64,000 bases of DNA from a virus: IMG/VR virus record IMGVR_UViG_3300045412_000547. One strand, given 5' to 3'. The position numbers and the translations under genes were made by a program. Numbering within the stretch: position 1 is the first letter of the stretch; every line of letters starts with the position of its first letter. Positions 20,301 through 29,257 of this stretch are shown one piece after another. The notes beneath the pieces are model-generated. The model was not told where the DNA came from and searched no databases. It saw nothing but the letters and a program-made list of their open reading frames with translations.

Positions 20301-20771
20301 ATAAAAATTTATTGTATAGCCTTCTGCACTTAATGCAGGCCAAGATTGCCAGCTAGAATACCGGCGCACTACTAATGGTTCAATTAGTTTACTAGCCGGT
20401 ACGTCATAAATTAACCTTTTAAAAACTTCAAATCTTATTTCATCATGAACAAAATCTCTTATAGTGATAATCGGCTGATAAGTATTATCAAAAGCGTTAC
20501 CCGCAGCATCGAAAACTGTTAAATTCGGTTTATATTTACCAGGCCATTTGTAAATGTGAATAGCTGTTAAATCTGAACTGTAAGTACCGTCACCAAAATC
20601 CCATCTAATTTTTTTATTGGAAATATTGTTTTCTGTAGAAAGTAGCGGAGATGTAGTAAAGTCCGGTACAAAAGTTAACGGTGTTATATCAATAGTATAA
20701 GAAGATAAGCTACTACGACCGGAATAATCTCTTACATCGTAAAAGAGATATGTAAAGTTTGTAGTTGCCAT
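17337..20771 (-). CDS. PKD domain + NHL/Vgb-like beta-propeller + C-terminal baseplate-wedge (gp7/P2-gpI-like) region
   Basis: WDFGDG..H.Y..PG.Y (PKD); repeated D..N.(L/I)WV blades; C-terminal DIDKCNVDSL..CYELG; immediately downstream of gp6. Confidence 0.6.
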   Translation of the reverse strand: MATTNFTYLFYDVRDYSGRSSLSSYTIDITPLTFVPDFTTSPLLSTENNISNKKIRWDFGDGTYSSDLTAIHIYKWPGKYKPNLTVFDAAGNAFDNTYQPIITIRDFVHDEIRFEVFKRLIYDVPASKLIEPLVVRRYSSWQSWPALSAEGYTINFYASGASGDYLNVSRYYSDKWSHLRLLSRFYGKFKIGDTEQYVVVDKLSTTNVLIYARINDNKQLVLCNKNDPGSFFCGTTGQCEAHYVDDKVKNYTSRENPIIIFASIDNSKFKDFYSTYSNIFDFVLYPPGGFQNINYTTMPIIKVRHNPAQRLSITTNGIDGEGHLSATSFDIPYHSWQNSEIPFVIKFKDNENYTTKTYPPLSSSLTDTRTATGYYDLKFGLCKYSKVFSNETYTPLTGISFYEDFNEETPHTIGGFFKGYLVSPYSVENVVLTGSVLVEDPVNFPKDTLISWIAQPQSRYIGRFFRQQIISSCLGTVGIFLSSQKTNIFVDENRNQYAIACAISGAGVEEDYRPWVADGVADTLLKLNANTGEILSSFDFTSFKTIIDSSGNVAYLNYRSPVLSSAAPNSIALDKNSDIWVSLFDSISTVKVHALSGVITNIAYPHYQNLVYHLSSDYNLPQLSGFAGENTLLPSSVDTDFDNNLWVAYTHPISSLLIKYNTYGSTIKVIPFVPLYSPVEVCVDRNKMVWVTCLNNSTISAFSLSSRNDYLFKYDFNGNLIPQYPLSGFRLIGNICVDGGQNAWVSHDRDTISRIDAYTAQRTDVKVGSANNTSHIQSIDGIICDTSQYIWAINNIDGRIYYVDAFYPPYPINSASLLPGMLDDTSYPISAWEEKRYQAYGDWNGFRWINKYMYSESLVRTITGTSAVFNIYSSNGKYELTKENENFDMTEYYKQITFQDFMLSYNNFLDTFLGTIVGNVSSMPYTLGKTVYEKIANFIDNNGDIDKCNVDSLISFCYELGIQFEDYNYPFPPNLKRLVNLLSLKHNILWGDQNKFNLNFYDKGSVNNSYYAVNRGTELSVLTSKISIGVPIIAYEIFSDTYNLVNESRFTLLSTVPLSSYSNDWGWGLVASDTISGSYIGNYYKFFEFIDKPENTFYNNIINWKDGLTTLSPFNSSYTNWISDKGIVENLFSFYLSKGLNVLE

Positions 20772-22624
20772 CAGTACTCCCTTACAAGAGACTGTATAGA
20801 AGGTGTAACAACAACAATTTTATTTACAAAATCTATAACATTGTTTATGTAAGGGAATTTATAATAGGGAAGCTGGGTATCCTGTGAAATAATATCTATA
20901 TCATCATATGGATACACGGGATTATATATCACCATACTTACACCAGGAACTTGATATGTGTTTCCATTATAAAGTGTCTTTGTTTTAATATCATCAACAC
21001 CTTCTAAAGCTAATATTTCATTCGTTATGTCTGTAAAAGAAATTAGTTTTCCTAAATTATCTGAAGTAGTTGAAAAGTAATTTTTAAAAATATCGTAAAT
21101 TTGAAGTTTTAGTTCTTCAGGGTTTCTTTTGGCTGTTATGCTTCTGGTAATTTGCAAAGTAGCGTTGGTTGTTACATCGGGACTTAAAACAACATTAGGT
21201 ATATTAACTGCAAAATCTAAACCTACATAAATAGGATCTATAATTACGGGCTCGCAGGTAGTAATTTTTATATCTAAAAGATCATTGAGAATGATCTGTT
21301 TTTGAGCTGAATTAAGATAATTTACCCTCGTAGTAAGAGATGTTAATTTGTTGAGTCTCGGTACAGCGTAAATATATACATTATTAAAATTACAAGAATC
21401 AGAAAATTTTACTTGATTAAAGAGCACACGAGAATTTAAATTAGGTTTATCTACTCCCAAATCAAAATAATATTTTAAATGCCCGGAAGTATAATCCCAA
21501 TTATTAACAACTTTAGAAGAACAAATTATATTACCGTAATTTTTATCTATAAACGTTTTAAAGTCATTACTAGTTATTAATCTATACTGCGATTTAAATG
21601 TATTGAGAGCATTATTTTTAATGTTTTGAACGCTTTCACGTAAAACATACTGTGTAGAAGGATTGCTGTTCGTAAAAGTAATAAAAGTAGAATTATTATT
21701 ATCAATAAGATTTATACCGGAGGGAATAATATTAGATTTTATTTGATCAAACCTTAGTGTTGAGTAGAAAAACAATCTGCTATTATTAAGTTGATTTGAA
21801 CCTATCTCTCCTTTAGAGCCATTAGTTCTCAAATAATATATAGCAACTTCATCGTTTTCGTTAAGCTTTTTACCGGTAACATTATTACCAAATTTAATTT
21901 CGTATCTTTCATTTTCATTCATTCTTATTTCATATGTATTACTATTGCTTTTTTCAAGAAAAAGTGACTGTGTAGGGGACCATTGCTTCCAAGTAGGGTT
22001 ATTAGAATTATTTTCCTTTACATAAACATGAATATTAAAGTGATCTATTTCGATATTATTGCCATTTGAATCTACTATAGTAATCGTTAATTGTTCGAAA
22101 GGTTCACCTGTTGCAATATATGAAGGATATTCAGTCCATGTACCTTGATACAGTAAATTATTTTCCTCTAAATCAGTTAATCTTTCAAGTTCATTAGTTA
22201 ATTTTGTAAAGGTAATATCTTTATTAAAAGTATAGTTTATACCATTAACAGTGAAATAAGAATATCTAGCTATAGTATATGTACCCTGTTGAAGTGAAGT
22301 TGAACCTGTTGCTTCAAACGAAAGAATAGGTGTTTGATACCCTATGGGGTTGTAATTTAAAATTTTTACTATTTTATTAATATTGTCATATATTTCAGAA
22401 GTTGAAAAGTTACTTTCTGATGCAGTCCTATTTAAATAAAATAAAAGTACGTGATATGCGTAAGAAACTATATCGATAATTGAGTTTAAGTTACTTCCTT
22501 CATACCTTTGATCTGAAAATACATTAGATGTATTCAGTCGTTGAATAATAAGATTTTTAAGGCTAGTAGCATCGAATGCTACATAGCCGTCTGTAGGTAA
22601 TGAGTAATCACTAAATTCTGACAT
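20771..22624 (-). CDS. gp6: Baseplate wedge protein (T4 gp6-like)
   Basis: FD..SLK..F.D..YEGSNL..IIDI.SY; LNY.P; YEIKFG..V.GKKL; Y.RTNG..G; ES...IK; Q.RLIT..DF. Confidence 0.9.
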   Translation of the reverse strand: MSEFSDYSLPTDGYVAFDATSLKNLIIQRLNTSNVFSDQRYEGSNLNSIIDIVSYAYHVLLFYLNRTASESNFSTSEIYDNINKIVKILNYNPIGYQTPILSFEATGSTSLQQGTYTIARYSYFTVNGINYTFNKDITFTKLTNELERLTDLEENNLLYQGTWTEYPSYIATGEPFEQLTITIVDSNGNNIEIDHFNIHVYVKENNSNNPTWKQWSPTQSLFLEKSNSNTYEIRMNENERYEIKFGNNVTGKKLNENDEVAIYYLRTNGSKGEIGSNQLNNSRLFFYSTLRFDQIKSNIIPSGINLIDNNNSTFITFTNSNPSTQYVLRESVQNIKNNALNTFKSQYRLITSNDFKTFIDKNYGNIICSSKVVNNWDYTSGHLKYYFDLGVDKPNLNSRVLFNQVKFSDSCNFNNVYIYAVPRLNKLTSLTTRVNYLNSAQKQIILNDLLDIKITTCEPVIIDPIYVGLDFAVNIPNVVLSPDVTTNATLQITRSITAKRNPEELKLQIYDIFKNYFSTTSDNLGKLISFTDITNEILALEGVDDIKTKTLYNGNTYQVPGVSMVIYNPVYPYDDIDIISQDTQLPYYKFPYINNVIDFVNKIVVVTPSIQSLVREY

Positions 22625-22626
22625 AA

Positions 22627-23103
22627 TTAGTTAAATATAAACCCCGAATTACTTAATGTGCCTGGTATAGTAATGCCTGCTATTTTCATACGTGGAGCTG
22701 TAATAGTAAGCAAAATATAATACTGTTGATTTTCTTCATCAGGAATAACCTTGAGTGATTCTATTGAAACTCTATCTATTTCATATATTCCAATACCCCT
22801 TCGTATTTCCTGACCTATACTCTCAGCTACATTCATTGATATGGGTTCAAACAAGTAACGCGATAGACCTATCCCAAAATCTGGATTTAAGAGCTTTTGA
22901 CCTGGAAATGTATTAAAAAGATTAAAAAGTGACGATTTTATGGCACCTAAATCATATAATGCTTTTAAATCTTTAATTTCATCCTTTTTTAATAATTGAT
23001 TGTTTTTTGTAAATTGATATTCTAAATCTAGCTTTATATCGCTGTAAGTAAAGTTCTTAAATGTTTTTGTCGGTGCTTTAACAGATAGTATCTTGATAGC
23101 CAT
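22627..23103 (-). CDS. gp25: Baseplate wedge subunit (T4 gp25-like)
   Basis: AIKSSLFNLFNT.PG.KLLNPDFG.GL..YLFEP. Confidence 0.9.
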   Translation of the reverse strand: MAIKILSVKAPTKTFKNFTYSDIKLDLEYQFTKNNQLLKKDEIKDLKALYDLGAIKSSLFNLFNTFPGQKLLNPDFGIGLSRYLFEPISMNVAESIGQEIRRGIGIYEIDRVSIESLKVIPDEENQQYYILLTITAPRMKIAGITIPGTLSNSGFIFN

Positions 23104-23108
23104 TAAAA

Positions 23109-23116
23109 TATTTATA
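23109..23116 (-). promoter_or_regulatory. T4-type late promoter TATAAATA (gp25-gp6 operon)
   Basis: Perfect T4 late box 5 nt before ATG 23103. Confidence 0.8.
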
Positions 23117-23161
23117 AAAATAACTATTTTTAAAATGGGTAGGAGAAGAATAAATAATTAT

Positions 23162-23785
23162 GTGAATAAAAAATTTGTCAAGTTGTTTGAAGCGACCATA
23201 TCTAGGTTTAATCGAGGTGGGTTTTTAGCTAGTGACAGAGTTTCGTTTGTTGACAATGTTTTACGTAATGATTATTTTAAAAAACAGCCAGAAGAATTAG
23301 CTAATGCAGTTAAAGAGTTAATAAATTGTGGTCTTAACTTGAGAGTAAAAAATATTAAGTCCACTTTTCCTGCTGTCGGGGGAGCAGGGAATCCAGATAA
23401 TTTTGGATATAGTTTCGCTGTTGAAGTTGCACCAGAAATAGCTCCAGGTAGATTGGATACTAATAAAACTGTTACCGTTCCTGCTGAACTTTTAGTACGC
23501 CAGGACGATGGTATAAATTTACCTCCCGTACCAGATTCGTTGGTAAGAAAAGATAGTTCATATATTAAACCTAAAAAAACATCAGATATTAAACAAGAAG
23601 AAATTCCCTTTTATCGCCCACATAATCAAACACATTTATCTAATGTAAATGGTAAAAATGTTGAGGGCGATAGAGAGCTTAAAAATATTAATGTTACAAT
23701 TCCGTCTTCGCCTGCTGTTGGTGTAAAAGACCCTGCCATATCAGGTTTTCCAGACAGTTATACGATAGCTTATTTACCTAAGTAA
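23162..23785 (+). CDS. Hypothetical late protein, possibly an internal head protein
   Basis: Start reassigned to GTG 23162, 5 nt after ATAAATA; N-terminus KKFVKLFE. Confidence 0.5.
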   Translation: MNKKFVKLFEATISRFNRGGFLASDRVSFVDNVLRNDYFKKQPEELANAVKELINCGLNLRVKNIKSTFPAVGGAGNPDNFGYSFAVEVAPEIAPGRLDTNKTVTVPAELLVRQDDGINLPPVPDSLVRKDSSYIKPKKTSDIKQEEIPFYRPHNQTHLSNVNGKNVEGDRELKNINVTIPSSPAVGVKDPAISGFPDSYTIAYLPK

Positions 23786-24722
23786 TATCGGATAGCTGTA
23801 TAAAACAGCTATAGCAATTTATTTCTTGGTCTACAACAAATGCGCTTCTGTATAAATGCTCTGCAATTATTAGAAGGTATTTTTTTTTAAGCTCTAAATT
23901 TAATTCAGTTTCATTATAGAATTTTTCATCTATAAAATTAAATAAACCTCTTAGTAAATTTACATAATCTGAATTAAATTTTTGCTCATTTTCAATTAAC
24001 GACTTTCTTAATGAAAGTATATTTTTAGATTGAATATTAGTAAGAATAAGTTTCAATACATCGTTAGTTTTGTTTTCAACTATAGATAACTTGCCTGAAG
24101 AAGATGCTTTATGTAGTTCGTTTATACATTTACGGAGATCGGGGTAAAAAGTTTTTACTATGTGTGCAACTTTTATTTTATCTTGTTCAGATATAGATAT
24201 ATTTTCATTCTTTAAAATATATAAACATCTTTTTGCAACAAAAGTAAGTGGAGGTACTAAATCTAGACTCTGGCATCTGCTTTGAAGAGCAATAATGATT
24301 CTGTGTTTATAGTTAGCAGTAAGAATAAAACGAGTAATTTTAGAGTGCTCTTCCATAGTGTTGCGAAGAGCTCGTTGTCCATCAAGAGAAAGACCGTCCG
24401 TTTCATCTAAAATTATAACTTTTATTTTGCCATCTATACTTTTAGTTTGAGCGAAGTTAGTAACTTTAGTTCGAATAGTATCAATACCGTTTTCATCACT
24501 TGCATTTATATATAAATACTGACACTTTAAAATATCATTAACAATAATTTTAGCTAATGATGTTTTTCCTATACCGGGCGTTCCTGTAAATAATAAATTA
24601 GGTATTTCATTTTTTTCAGTAAATGAATTAATAACAATTTTATTTTCTTCTGAGATAACAAAATCATCCAACGTTTTAGGTCTGTATTTTTCGACCCATA
24701 TATTATTAAAATCTAAACTCAT
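23778..24722 (-). CDS. gp44: Clamp loader AAA+ subunit (T4 gp44 / RFC small subunit-like)
   Basis: WVEKYRPKTLDD, GTPGIGKT, INASDENG, ILDETD, SRC. Confidence 0.95.
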   Translation of the reverse strand: MSLDFNNIWVEKYRPKTLDDFVISEENKIVINSFTEKNEIPNLLFTGTPGIGKTSLAKIIVNDILKCQYLYINASDENGIDTIRTKVTNFAQTKSIDGKIKVIILDETDGLSLDGQRALRNTMEEHSKITRFILTANYKHRIIIALQSRCQSLDLVPPLTFVAKRCLYILKNENISISEQDKIKVAHIVKTFYPDLRKCINELHKASSSGKLSIVENKTNDVLKLILTNIQSKNILSLRKSLIENEQKFNSDYVNLLRGLFNFIDEKFYNETELNLELKKKYLLIIAEHLYRSAFVVDQEINCYSCFIQLSDIT

Positions 24723-25174
24723 TTACCAGAGGATCCAAAACCTTTATCATTTCTATCTGTTAACTCTGCTGTACCCCAATCTATAGCCATAGGTATATTT
24801 AAATATAATACAAACTGAGCAATGCGTTCCCCAGCTTTAATTTCATAGTCTTTGTCTCCTAAATTATAAAGTTTAATACCCGCGTCACCTCTATATCCAT
24901 TATCAATTATACCTGGATGAGCGAGTATACTGTGTTTAAAACCTAATCCGCTTCTACTTTCGACTTTAATCCAATATCCGTCTGGTATACTTGCAAATTT
25001 TAACCCGACGTTAACTATGTTATTACCTTTAGAGGGTATAATTTTATCTTCGATAGAATATACATCAAAACCAGTATCAGATTCATGATTTTTTGTAGGA
25101 AGTTTGGCATTGTCATGGGTCTTTTCAAATTTTAAAACAGGCATATATAATAAATTAGGATCGCTGTAATACAT
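24719..25174 (-). CDS. dut: Trimeric dUTPase
   Basis: GFDV, SRSGL, GIID.GYRG, ERIAQ, R..KGFGSSG. Confidence 0.95.
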   Translation of the reverse strand: MYYSDPNLLYMPVLKFEKTHDNAKLPTKNHESDTGFDVYSIEDKIIPSKGNNIVNVGLKFASIPDGYWIKVESRSGLGFKHSILAHPGIIDNGYRGDAGIKLYNLGDKDYEIKAGERIAQFVLYLNIPMAIDWGTAELTDRNDKGFGSSGK

Positions 25175-25180
25175 AATAAC

Positions 25181-25208
25181 ATTTTATAATGCAAACCACA
25201 AAATTCAA
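25181..25208 (-). promoter_or_regulatory. Early/middle sigma70-like promoter (dut-gp44)
   Basis: TTGAAT-N16-TAAAAT-N6-ATG. Confidence 0.7.
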
Positions 25209-25222
25209 CATAAGTAATTTAG

Positions 25223-25681
25223 ATGAGTGATGAACTTAACGAAATGGTTGGTGATTTACTAAATCAGCTTCAAACCGCAGAAAAAAAAGCTAAAGATGTT
25301 GAAAAAGAGAAAGACCCTTTAAAAAAGGAGAACTTAGAAAAATTTGTAATTGAGAATGCAGGCAGATTAGTTGAAGAAAGTTTAGGTATGATAAAAAATG
25401 TTAAGGACTACATAATTTCAGCTCCTGAACATAAAGATGTTACAGCGTTAGCAGATTTAGTTGCAGCTACCTCATCAGCTATTGAAACGTTGAACAAAAT
25501 AATTGTTACGGACAAAAGAAATGAAGCTATTATTAAGGTCAAAGAAATGGATATTAAAAATAGACAAGAAAAATACGAAGGAGAAATCCAGCCTAAGAAA
25601 TTATTATCCAGAGAGGAGGTGTTTAAGATGTTAATTGATGATAGAATAACGGATGCAAAAATTATTAAAGATAAAAATTAA
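25223..25681 (+). CDS. Putative terminase small subunit (T4 gp16-like)
   Basis: Helical pattern AP..KDVTALADLVAATSSAIETLNK and C-terminal LLSREEVFKML resemble the gp16 core; late-like TAAGTA box upstream. Confidence 0.45.
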   Translation: MSDELNEMVGDLLNQLQTAEKKAKDVEKEKDPLKKENLEKFVIENAGRLVEESLGMIKNVKDYIISAPEHKDVTALADLVAATSSAIETLNKIIVTDKRNEAIIKVKEMDIKNRQEKYEGEIQPKKLLSREEVFKMLIDDRITDAKIIKDKN

Positions 25682-27378
25682 CATTTAAAAAACTTATCAA
25701 AGAAATTCTTAAACACATTGTTAAAGTTAAATTTAATTTTTTCTGCTAACTTACTAAAGTCAAAGAAGTTAATAAAATTATTAATAAGAGCTTGAATCTT
25801 TGATTCGAAATCGGCAAAAGGATTAGATAAAGTAAAGTCATATAGACCGGACGTATCTACTGTAGGAGGAACAAAGTTACATACAACATCCTTTAAAGAT
25901 TGAACGAGCTGAAGTGCGCCGGCAGGATTAGCAATCATAGCTGGATTCATAACTATTGAAGGTCCTAGTTCTGCTAAAGTTTGTAGAGAGCCAAAATTAA
26001 CTTTAGGAATAATATTGGGTATTCCAAAATTACCTAATAAATTGGTTATTTGACTTATTGAACCTGTTATACCTGTGTTATCTAAATTAGGAATAAAATT
26101 ACCGGGTAAAAATGTAGAGAAATCTACTGACGGTAAACCTAAAGGTACTCCTAAGCTTGAAATTTCAGAAACATATTGAAATGCAGTATTTTGAGATAAA
26201 ATTTGAGTTAATTGGTTATCGAGTTTAGTTATCGGGTTAGTAAATCTTTGATTAAGTTCTCCTATAAACTCATTAACTCTAGGAGTAAAATTAGTAAAGC
26301 TATTTATATTTAAATTTTCTGTGGTTGTATAAAATCTATTACGATTAAAATCTTCTGCAGTATTAAAATACTGTGTATCTATAGCCGATGAAGTAGTTTC
26401 AGATGCAGATGCATTGTAAGATAATGTTGATTTTAATGATGCTAAAGATCTCTGTATTGTTGTAGGTGTGATAACAGGTTGAGCCTTTTTGTTTAGTAAA
26501 TCTAATTTTTGAGAAAGACCTTCAACCTTTACATCTATAAGATATCTATAGATTTTTTGAAGATTGGAATAAATTTCATTTTCTGAAAAGTTTCTAGGGT
26601 TATAAGCAACACTATCATTTAAATTACTGTAATATGAAATATAATTAAACGTTCTATAAAATTCTTTTTGTAAAAGCTTAACAAAAGAACTCATGTTCTT
26701 TACATTTTCATTGAAATAGTTTAGATCGGTAATAAGATTTACCGAATGTGCAACAGTGGGATCTAGTTTATCTATCATTACACCGCGCTTACAGTACTGA
26801 ATATTAACAAGGTTTGTTCTTAATAATGTAGTTGTTCTTCTGCTTAATTCTTCTGATATTTCTTTGGCATTATCGCTAAGCTTGTTATTTATAGATACCG
26901 GCCAGGTTACAGGTTGCGAATACTGAAATAAATGCGTATCAAAATAAGGAATAACTGCATCGTCTAGCTTAACTTTTGAATTTACTAATGATCCTATACT
27001 ATCACTAACATCGTCGTAATAGCTTTGTAATTTATTTTCGTTTTCTAGCTTACTTTTAGTCAAATCCTTAATAGTTTTTACTGTATTATTATATTTTTTA
27101 ACCCAATAAACTACAAATTCATTATTAAATTTATCTAAGTAAGTATTATCTAAAGAGGAATAAAAATCACTTAAAGCAGAAACTTGGTCGGATGCTTGAA
27201 TAGTAGCACGATAGTTAATTGCAGTGCTAAGTTCTGTTACGTAAGTTCCGACATAATCTATAAAATTGGTGTAATTTTTTATTGAATCTAGTGTTGAAGC
27301 GAGTTCTGTGTCTAAAAACTCAGGATAAAGTGTTTTATTAAATGTTTTATTATTTTGACTAGAAGAAGGAATAATCAT
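25678..27378 (-). CDS. Hypothetical baseplate/hub-associated protein
   Basis: 566-aa ORF overlapping the gp27-like gene; no motif recognised. Confidence 0.4.
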   Translation of the reverse strand: MIIPSSSQNNKTFNKTLYPEFLDTELASTLDSIKNYTNFIDYVGTYVTELSTAINYRATIQASDQVSALSDFYSSLDNTYLDKFNNEFVVYWVKKYNNTVKTIKDLTKSKLENENKLQSYYDDVSDSIGSLVNSKVKLDDAVIPYFDTHLFQYSQPVTWPVSINNKLSDNAKEISEELSRRTTTLLRTNLVNIQYCKRGVMIDKLDPTVAHSVNLITDLNYFNENVKNMSSFVKLLQKEFYRTFNYISYYSNLNDSVAYNPRNFSENEIYSNLQKIYRYLIDVKVEGLSQKLDLLNKKAQPVITPTTIQRSLASLKSTLSYNASASETTSSAIDTQYFNTAEDFNRNRFYTTTENLNINSFTNFTPRVNEFIGELNQRFTNPITKLDNQLTQILSQNTAFQYVSEISSLGVPLGLPSVDFSTFLPGNFIPNLDNTGITGSISQITNLLGNFGIPNIIPKVNFGSLQTLAELGPSIVMNPAMIANPAGALQLVQSLKDVVCNFVPPTVDTSGLYDFTLSNPFADFESKIQALINNFINFFDFSKLAEKIKFNFNNVFKNFFDKFFKC

Positions 27379-28898
27379 AGTGCATTATTATTTAAAAATA
27401 AATTAGAACTAGCATAGGTTTTTACACATTTAATTTCGTTAGAATAATCCCCGTCCTTAAAAATATGTCTTACATTAACTATAAAATAAATACCTAGAAC
27501 TTTAGAGTCAAAATCATTTACTTGAATAGCACCCTGTCTATCTAGACCAATAAATCTACCTGCTTGTCTATGAGTAGATCCCACTGTAGTAAACGTGAGC
27601 ATTTGATTTAAAAATACACCAGCTCTTAAAAATTTATTTCTGCCTGCAGATAACCTTTGATCCGAATCAGTACTGTTTACAGAATATACGTTTTTAATAT
27701 TTTTATTTTTTTGCTTTAAGATACCGGGCAAATAGTTATTTGATGGGCTTCTGCTACCTCTTAATGTAGATACATAATTCTTATTATAAATATCCATTGA
27801 TGTTTCTATAGAATTTCTTTCAATATCAATGTTAAATGCTTTATCCCCGGTATTATAACTATGTACTAATCTAGCAACAAGAGCGTCTTGAGAATAAAGA
27901 CCGGGCATAAAGTCCGTAGTATAATGTGTTAAATTGTTCCATAAATTAAAATAAGCACCTATTTTTGGTGTAAATCTTATTTCTTGGACCGGTATAGTAT
28001 TTGTACTGTCGTTATACTCTCCGATAATATATGTTTCTAAGTAGTATTGATCACCGGTATCTCCATTACCGTTATAAGCCCTATCAAAAAAACTTTTTAA
28101 ACTAGCTAACTTAAAAGACCTGTTATGTCTTTCTATTTCTAAGAAGCACTGATCAAAATTATTACCTGCAGTACTTACATGGCGGCTAAGAAGATAGTTT
28201 AGACTGTCAATTGCTTTGTATTGTGCAGGAGCTGAAAAAAATATACCTGTGGCTCCTTGATCCCATTCTTCACTTATAGTTATACCTGGACCTTCTGTGG
28301 AATCAAATGTTTTTTCAAGCAATGCTCGTATTGCATCACCCGTATAAAGTTGACGCTGGATATCACTTAACTGAGTAGTATCACCTTGAAGTAATAAAGA
28401 TGTAGAAAAATCTACATTTTTTTCCTTTAAAATTTCATAGTAGTTATCCCAAAAATATAAAATTTTATGCTTTCTTCCCGGAGAATTATCATTTACTTCT
28501 TCGTTATTATAAATAGCAAAAATAAAATTCATTTTAAATATACTATCAATAATTACCGATTCTGAATCGCTAGTAGAATTTATTTCAATTTTTGGTTTTA
28601 TTTCAACAATTAGAAAATCTCTACTATCGCCTCTAAATAAAAACCCACGATTAGATGAATTAGCTAAATCGTTTGCAGCTTGTGGATCATTGCGTTCAAG
28701 GTAATCAAATGTGTTATCTAATATAATGTAACCTTGATGATAAAAAATTTCAAAACTATCTTCTATAACTAATTCTTTTACAGCTGCAGGCTTTATTTGT
28801 CTAGCTCTACCGTCAGCAGATTGTAAAAATACTTTAAATGTATAATAGTCATTTCCTATCTGACTACTTACTATATTAGATAAAGCAGGGTCGTTCAT
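27375..28898 (-). CDS. Baseplate hub protein (gp27 / late control D-like)
   Basis: L.IEDS....HQGYII.DN; C-terminal G..HRQAGRFI..LGIYFIVNVRH.F..Y.N...CVK; follows gp53. Confidence 0.65.
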   Translation of the reverse strand: MNDPALSNIVSSQIGNDYYTFKVFLQSADGRARQIKPAAVKELVIEDSFEIFYHQGYIILDNTFDYLERNDPQAANDLANSSNRGFLFRGDSRDFLIVEIKPKIEINSTSDSESVIIDSIFKMNFIFAIYNNEEVNDNSPGRKHKILYFWDNYYEILKEKNVDFSTSLLLQGDTTQLSDIQRQLYTGDAIRALLEKTFDSTEGPGITISEEWDQGATGIFFSAPAQYKAIDSLNYLLSRHVSTAGNNFDQCFLEIERHNRSFKLASLKSFFDRAYNGNGDTGDQYYLETYIIGEYNDSTNTIPVQEIRFTPKIGAYFNLWNNLTHYTTDFMPGLYSQDALVARLVHSYNTGDKAFNIDIERNSIETSMDIYNKNYVSTLRGSRSPSNNYLPGILKQKNKNIKNVYSVNSTDSDQRLSAGRNKFLRAGVFLNQMLTFTTVGSTHRQAGRFIGLDRQGAIQVNDFDSKVLGIYFIVNVRHIFKDGDYSNEIKCVKTYASSNLFLNNNAL

Positions 28899-29257
28899 GT
28901 TAGATACGTCTGTAATTCATCTATAACCTGTCGTACAAATGTAGGTTTTAATATTTTTAATGTAGTTCCAATATTAGGTATAATAATTGGGTTATAGATG
29001 TTATTTACTAGACATATTAACCACCAAAGATCAATCGTTTTGTAGGCGTTATAACTAATCATCGTCCAAGGAAGCCTCTGGCGTACGGTAATATAATCTA
29101 TCATAGTTTCATTAATAAGCTTAGGAAAATAAACAGTGTTAATAATATTATAGAAATATTGATTATTTTCTGTTTTAAAAAGTTTAAATATATTTTCATA
29201 CTTTGTATCACTTAAAGTAGGAAGCTGTAAAACTTTATTTTGATATATACCATTCAT
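28895..29257 (-). CDS. gp53: Baseplate wedge protein (T4 gp53-like, LysM-related)
   Basis: ISYNAYKTIDLWWLICLVNNIYNP. Confidence 0.85.
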   Translation of the reverse strand: MNGIYQNKVLQLPTLSDTKYENIFKLFKTENNQYFYNIINTVYFPKLINETMIDYITVRQRLPWTMISYNAYKTIDLWWLICLVNNIYNPIIIPNIGTTLKILKPTFVRQVIDELQTYLT

